The position numbers were made by a program, and so were the translations under genes. From Mizuhopecten yessoensis (lineage: Eukaryota), in NCBI RefSeq assembly GCF_002113885.1, contig NW_018403780.1, positions 12,438 through 76,437 on the forward strand: DNA of 64,000 nucleotides. The letters are read 5' to 3'. Below are positions 60,767 to 64,000 of this stretch, piece after piece; positions within the stretch are counted from its first letter, which is position 1, and the number at the start of each line of letters is the position of its first letter. The notes beneath the pieces are model-generated. The model was not told where the DNA came from. It did not search any database and was given only the letters and a program-made list of their open reading frames with translations.

Positions 60767-61948
60767 ATGTTACTGGACAAATTTCATCACCCTAGGCCTC
60801 TCGATTATTCAGGAGAAGTTGTTTAAAGGTTTTTAACATATTTGACCCATGTGACCTTGAATATAAATCAAGGTCATTTATTTGAACAAACTTGGTCGCC
60901 ATTTATCCCAATATGTTACTGGACAAATTTATGCACCCAATGCCTATTGGTTATTCAGAAGAAGTTGTTTAAATGTTTTTAACATATTTGACCCATGTGA
61001 CCTTGAATATAAATCAAGGTCATTTATTTGAACAAACTTGGTAGCCATTTATCCCAATATGTTACTGGCCAAATTTATGCACCCAATGCCTATTGGTTAT
61101 TCAGAAGAAGTTGTTTAAATGTTTTTAACATATTTGACCCCTGTGACCTTGAATATAAACCAAGGTCATTTATTTGAACTTGGTAGCCCTTTATACCAGC
61201 ATGTTACTGGCAAAATTTAGGCACCCTAGGTCTCTTGGTTATTCAGAAGAAGTTGTTTAAAGGTTTTATACATATTTGACCCCTGTGACCTTGGATATAA
61301 ATCAAGGTCATTTATTTTAAACAAACTTTGTAGCCCATCATCTCAGCATGTTACTGGCCAAATTTAAGCACCCTAGGCCTATTGGTTATTCAGAGGAAAT
61401 TAATTAAATACTTTAAACATATTTGACCCCTGTGACCTAGAATATAAGTAAATGTCATTTATTTAAACAAACGTTGTAGCTCATCATCTCAGCATGTTAC
61501 TGGCCAAATATCATCACCCTATGCCTCTTGGTTATTCAGAAGAAGTTGTTTAAAGGTTTTATACATATTTGACCCCTGTGACCTTGGATATAAATCAAGG
61601 TCATTTATTTTAAACAAACTTTGTAGCCCATCATCTCAGCATGTTACTGGCCAAATATCATCACCCTATGCCTCTTGGTTATTCAGAAGAAGTTGTTTAA
61701 AGAATTTCACATATTTGACCCATGTGACCTTGAATATAAGTCAAGGTCATTTATTCGAACAAACTTGGTAGCCCTTCATCCCAGCATGCTTCTGACCAAA
61801 TATCATCACCCTAGGCCTTTTGGTAACTGAGAAGAAGTTGTTTAAAGTAAAATGTTGACGACGGACGGACGGACGACGGACGGACAGACGACGGACGCCG
61901 CACCATGCCATAAGCTCACTTAGCCCTTTGGGCCAGGTGAGCTAAAAA
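60767..61948 (-). mobile_element. HINE/Helentron-type element carrying a ~146-bp satellite array (~7.5 units)
   Basis: GAAGTTGTTTAA-type marker at 60815, 60961, 61107, 61249, 61396, 61542, 61689 and 61834. Followed by a GACG microsatellite, hairpin AGCTCACTTAGCCC-TTT-GGGCCAGGTGAGCT and an A5 tract. Confidence 0.88.
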
Positions 61949-63147
61949 CCTGTTAGTATCCAGTCCAGTTGAATGGTTTAATTAATGCTATTGCCGTTCA
62001 ATTGGTACCTTAAGTTATAAGCAAGGACAATTGTGGTAGAAACACAGACAGCTTCTGCAGTGTTTAGAAATGATCCATGAATGACATACTGTAAATAAAG
62101 ACATTATCTTTATATCTCAATGTCCTTGCGTAAACCAGGTATTCAATTTATCAAACACAATAATTTAAAATCTATTCCCAAATATATATAGCGTCCCATT
62201 CGAAGAAATATTTTTCCTCGTCGAAGTAAAATAAACGTAGAATGTTCATGACTGACGTGTATTGCATATCAACAATAATTAATTTATTAAACACCTGTCC
62301 ATTAGATTGATTCAACACACAGATAGAATGTCCCATTTACCAAGTCATTTTCCTTGAAGTGTAAAACATTAGACATGCATGAACGTAATGATAACGGTAC
62401 TGATAGGCTGAACTATCAACGAGTCAGAACAACTAAAATATTTATTTCTACACTAGTCATCCTATAGGGAATAAGTTGTCTGTATTCTGTCAAGCGTGTT
62501 AACGTTGTAGATGTATCGGTGGAATTATTGATTTAACTATCATATACTATTGAAAATGAAATAGGAAATAGGAAACGCCAATAGAATAAAAAATATTATA
62601 TGTTAATTATCTGTGTGACAATTTTGAAATCCAAGATAAAGTTATATTGATTTTTACTAGCAAATACAAATATAGTATTGAGTACCGCTGTGTTTTGTGA
62701 AGGAACGTGAAACAGCACTTGAAATGTTGATCAACGTACAAAATGAGCTGGTGCACCGGCCGACACAAACAAATATCGACATGCCAACACTTCATGTTTA
62801 CATAATGTAGAAATTATTTATACAAACACGACAACCCATACGTACACGAGATGAAACAAAATGCGCCGTTCTGATCGATTAGATTTTTTTTGTGCAATGA
62901 ATAACAAGCAGGATATTTAATTCATTCCATTTTTATGGCAAGAGAAGCAGGGAAACAAAATACTTTGAACCGTGGAACAGGATCACGTGAGTTCAGTAAA
63001 GTATTTATGTTGAGGAAATTTTCATCTATCTAAGTTATAGAAAATCAAAATAGTCTATAAGAAATGTTCTTCAATAAAGCAATATTTAACATAGTTCATC
63101 TACCTCAATTAATTCAATGACACGTTGAGTCCAATTTTCAAATTATT

Positions 63148-63223
63148 TATTCCAACAACGAACTCTAGCACCCCCCAGGTCAGGGACTTGGAAAAGAATA
63201 TACGACCCATTTCCTTTACTTCC
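63148..63223 (+). mobile_element. Tiny LINE reverse-transcriptase relic
   Basis: IPTTNSSTPQVRDLEKNIRPISFTS matches the RPISLT motif that precedes non-LTR RT domains. Confidence 0.5.
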
Positions 63224-63434
63224 CACCCCTGCAGGTGGGGATTGGGGAAAAGATACACCTGCTGTTACACACCGCATGTTGTAAGAGGCGACATATGTGA
63301 GAACCCCTGCAGAATCGGGGCTTTGCTTTTTTGCCCTCTATTTTGGAACAGAAAATCGACCAAAATCAATATGCTTTCTACCGATATCTTTGGTTTCCAA
63401 GCACCTTGCTTGGCAATACCTCTCACGTTTGGCC

Positions 63435-63570
63435 TTCATGTTGAGCGTTGACCCAGGTGAGGAAGGCAATGAGTTCTGTACCCAGGCCATACAAAACCGG
63501 GACATACAAAAGTATTTAAAATGGTGTTTGTTTTCCTTGCTTAACGTTCAGCATTTAGGGTAACCCAAAC
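63435..63570 (+). mobile_element. Degenerate SINE body
   Basis: CATACAAAAGTATTTAAAATGGTG...TTCCTTGCTTAACGTTCAGCATTTAGGG resembles a common mollusc SINE central domain. Confidence 0.45.
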
Positions 63571-64000
63571 AACAGGTTAATCCGTTGTCACAAATGTGAC
63601 AGGGAGGAATGTTATGCTGGATGTCTTCAGTGAGGTAGCAATTCAGATCCGCGATATCGCAAGGCAAATACACCAACATTCGGCCTGCACCACACATATG
63701 CTTATACATTATACACATGGACACATGTCCTGTTATGACCTTAGCTGTTCATGGGACGCTAACCTCTATCAAACCAAACCAACATAGCTTTAGTCCCCCA
63801 TCAAACAAACAGTGATATTTCTTATATAATAATGTACTTTATATATTCTGTCACGTCTGTTTACATATGAAATGTCCCAGTGATAAAGCGTACGCTTAAA
63901 GCTTATTAGGTGTGATACTGTGCGTGCTATTGAGTGGGTAAGACCATATCATTCAATACAAATCACAGGAGATCCAAGTTCTACAATCACAGGAGATCCA

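Noticed and set aside
63950-64000. Start of a 24-bp tandem repeat (AATCACAGGAGATCCAAGTTCTAC)
   Set aside because: Fewer than two full units are visible before the window ends.

Overview
AT-rich eukaryotic (animal) genomic DNA. The repeat repertoire (tRNA-derived SINEs, Helentron/HINE-type satellite-carrying elements, Penelope and Crypton relics) suggests a bivalve mollusc; this is inference. Two spliced protein genes can be rebuilt by hand. (1) A + strand calpain-5/TRA-3-type gene: 12 coding exons, 25340-41009, 630 aa, all introns GT-AG and phase-consistent, with a probable extra first coding micro-exon at 20620-20637. Its catalytic Cys codon is TCC (Ser), while the catalytic His, Asn and oxyanion Gln are intact, so it looks like a natural pseudo-protease. 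(2) A convergent - strand two-exon type II membrane GT-A glycosyltransferase-like gene (50909-50763 + 47407-46376). The rest is minisatellites, SINEs, MITEs and transposon relics. Most notable: the Cys-to-Ser calpain; a Tpt1/KptA (RNA 2'-phosphotransferase)-like coding relic inside a DNA-transposon-like element, below the ORF-track cutoff; minimal hammerhead-ribozyme folds, one attached to a 5'-inverted Penelope fragment; and an internally deleted Crypton. All family assignments come from motif recognition by eye, not from database searches.
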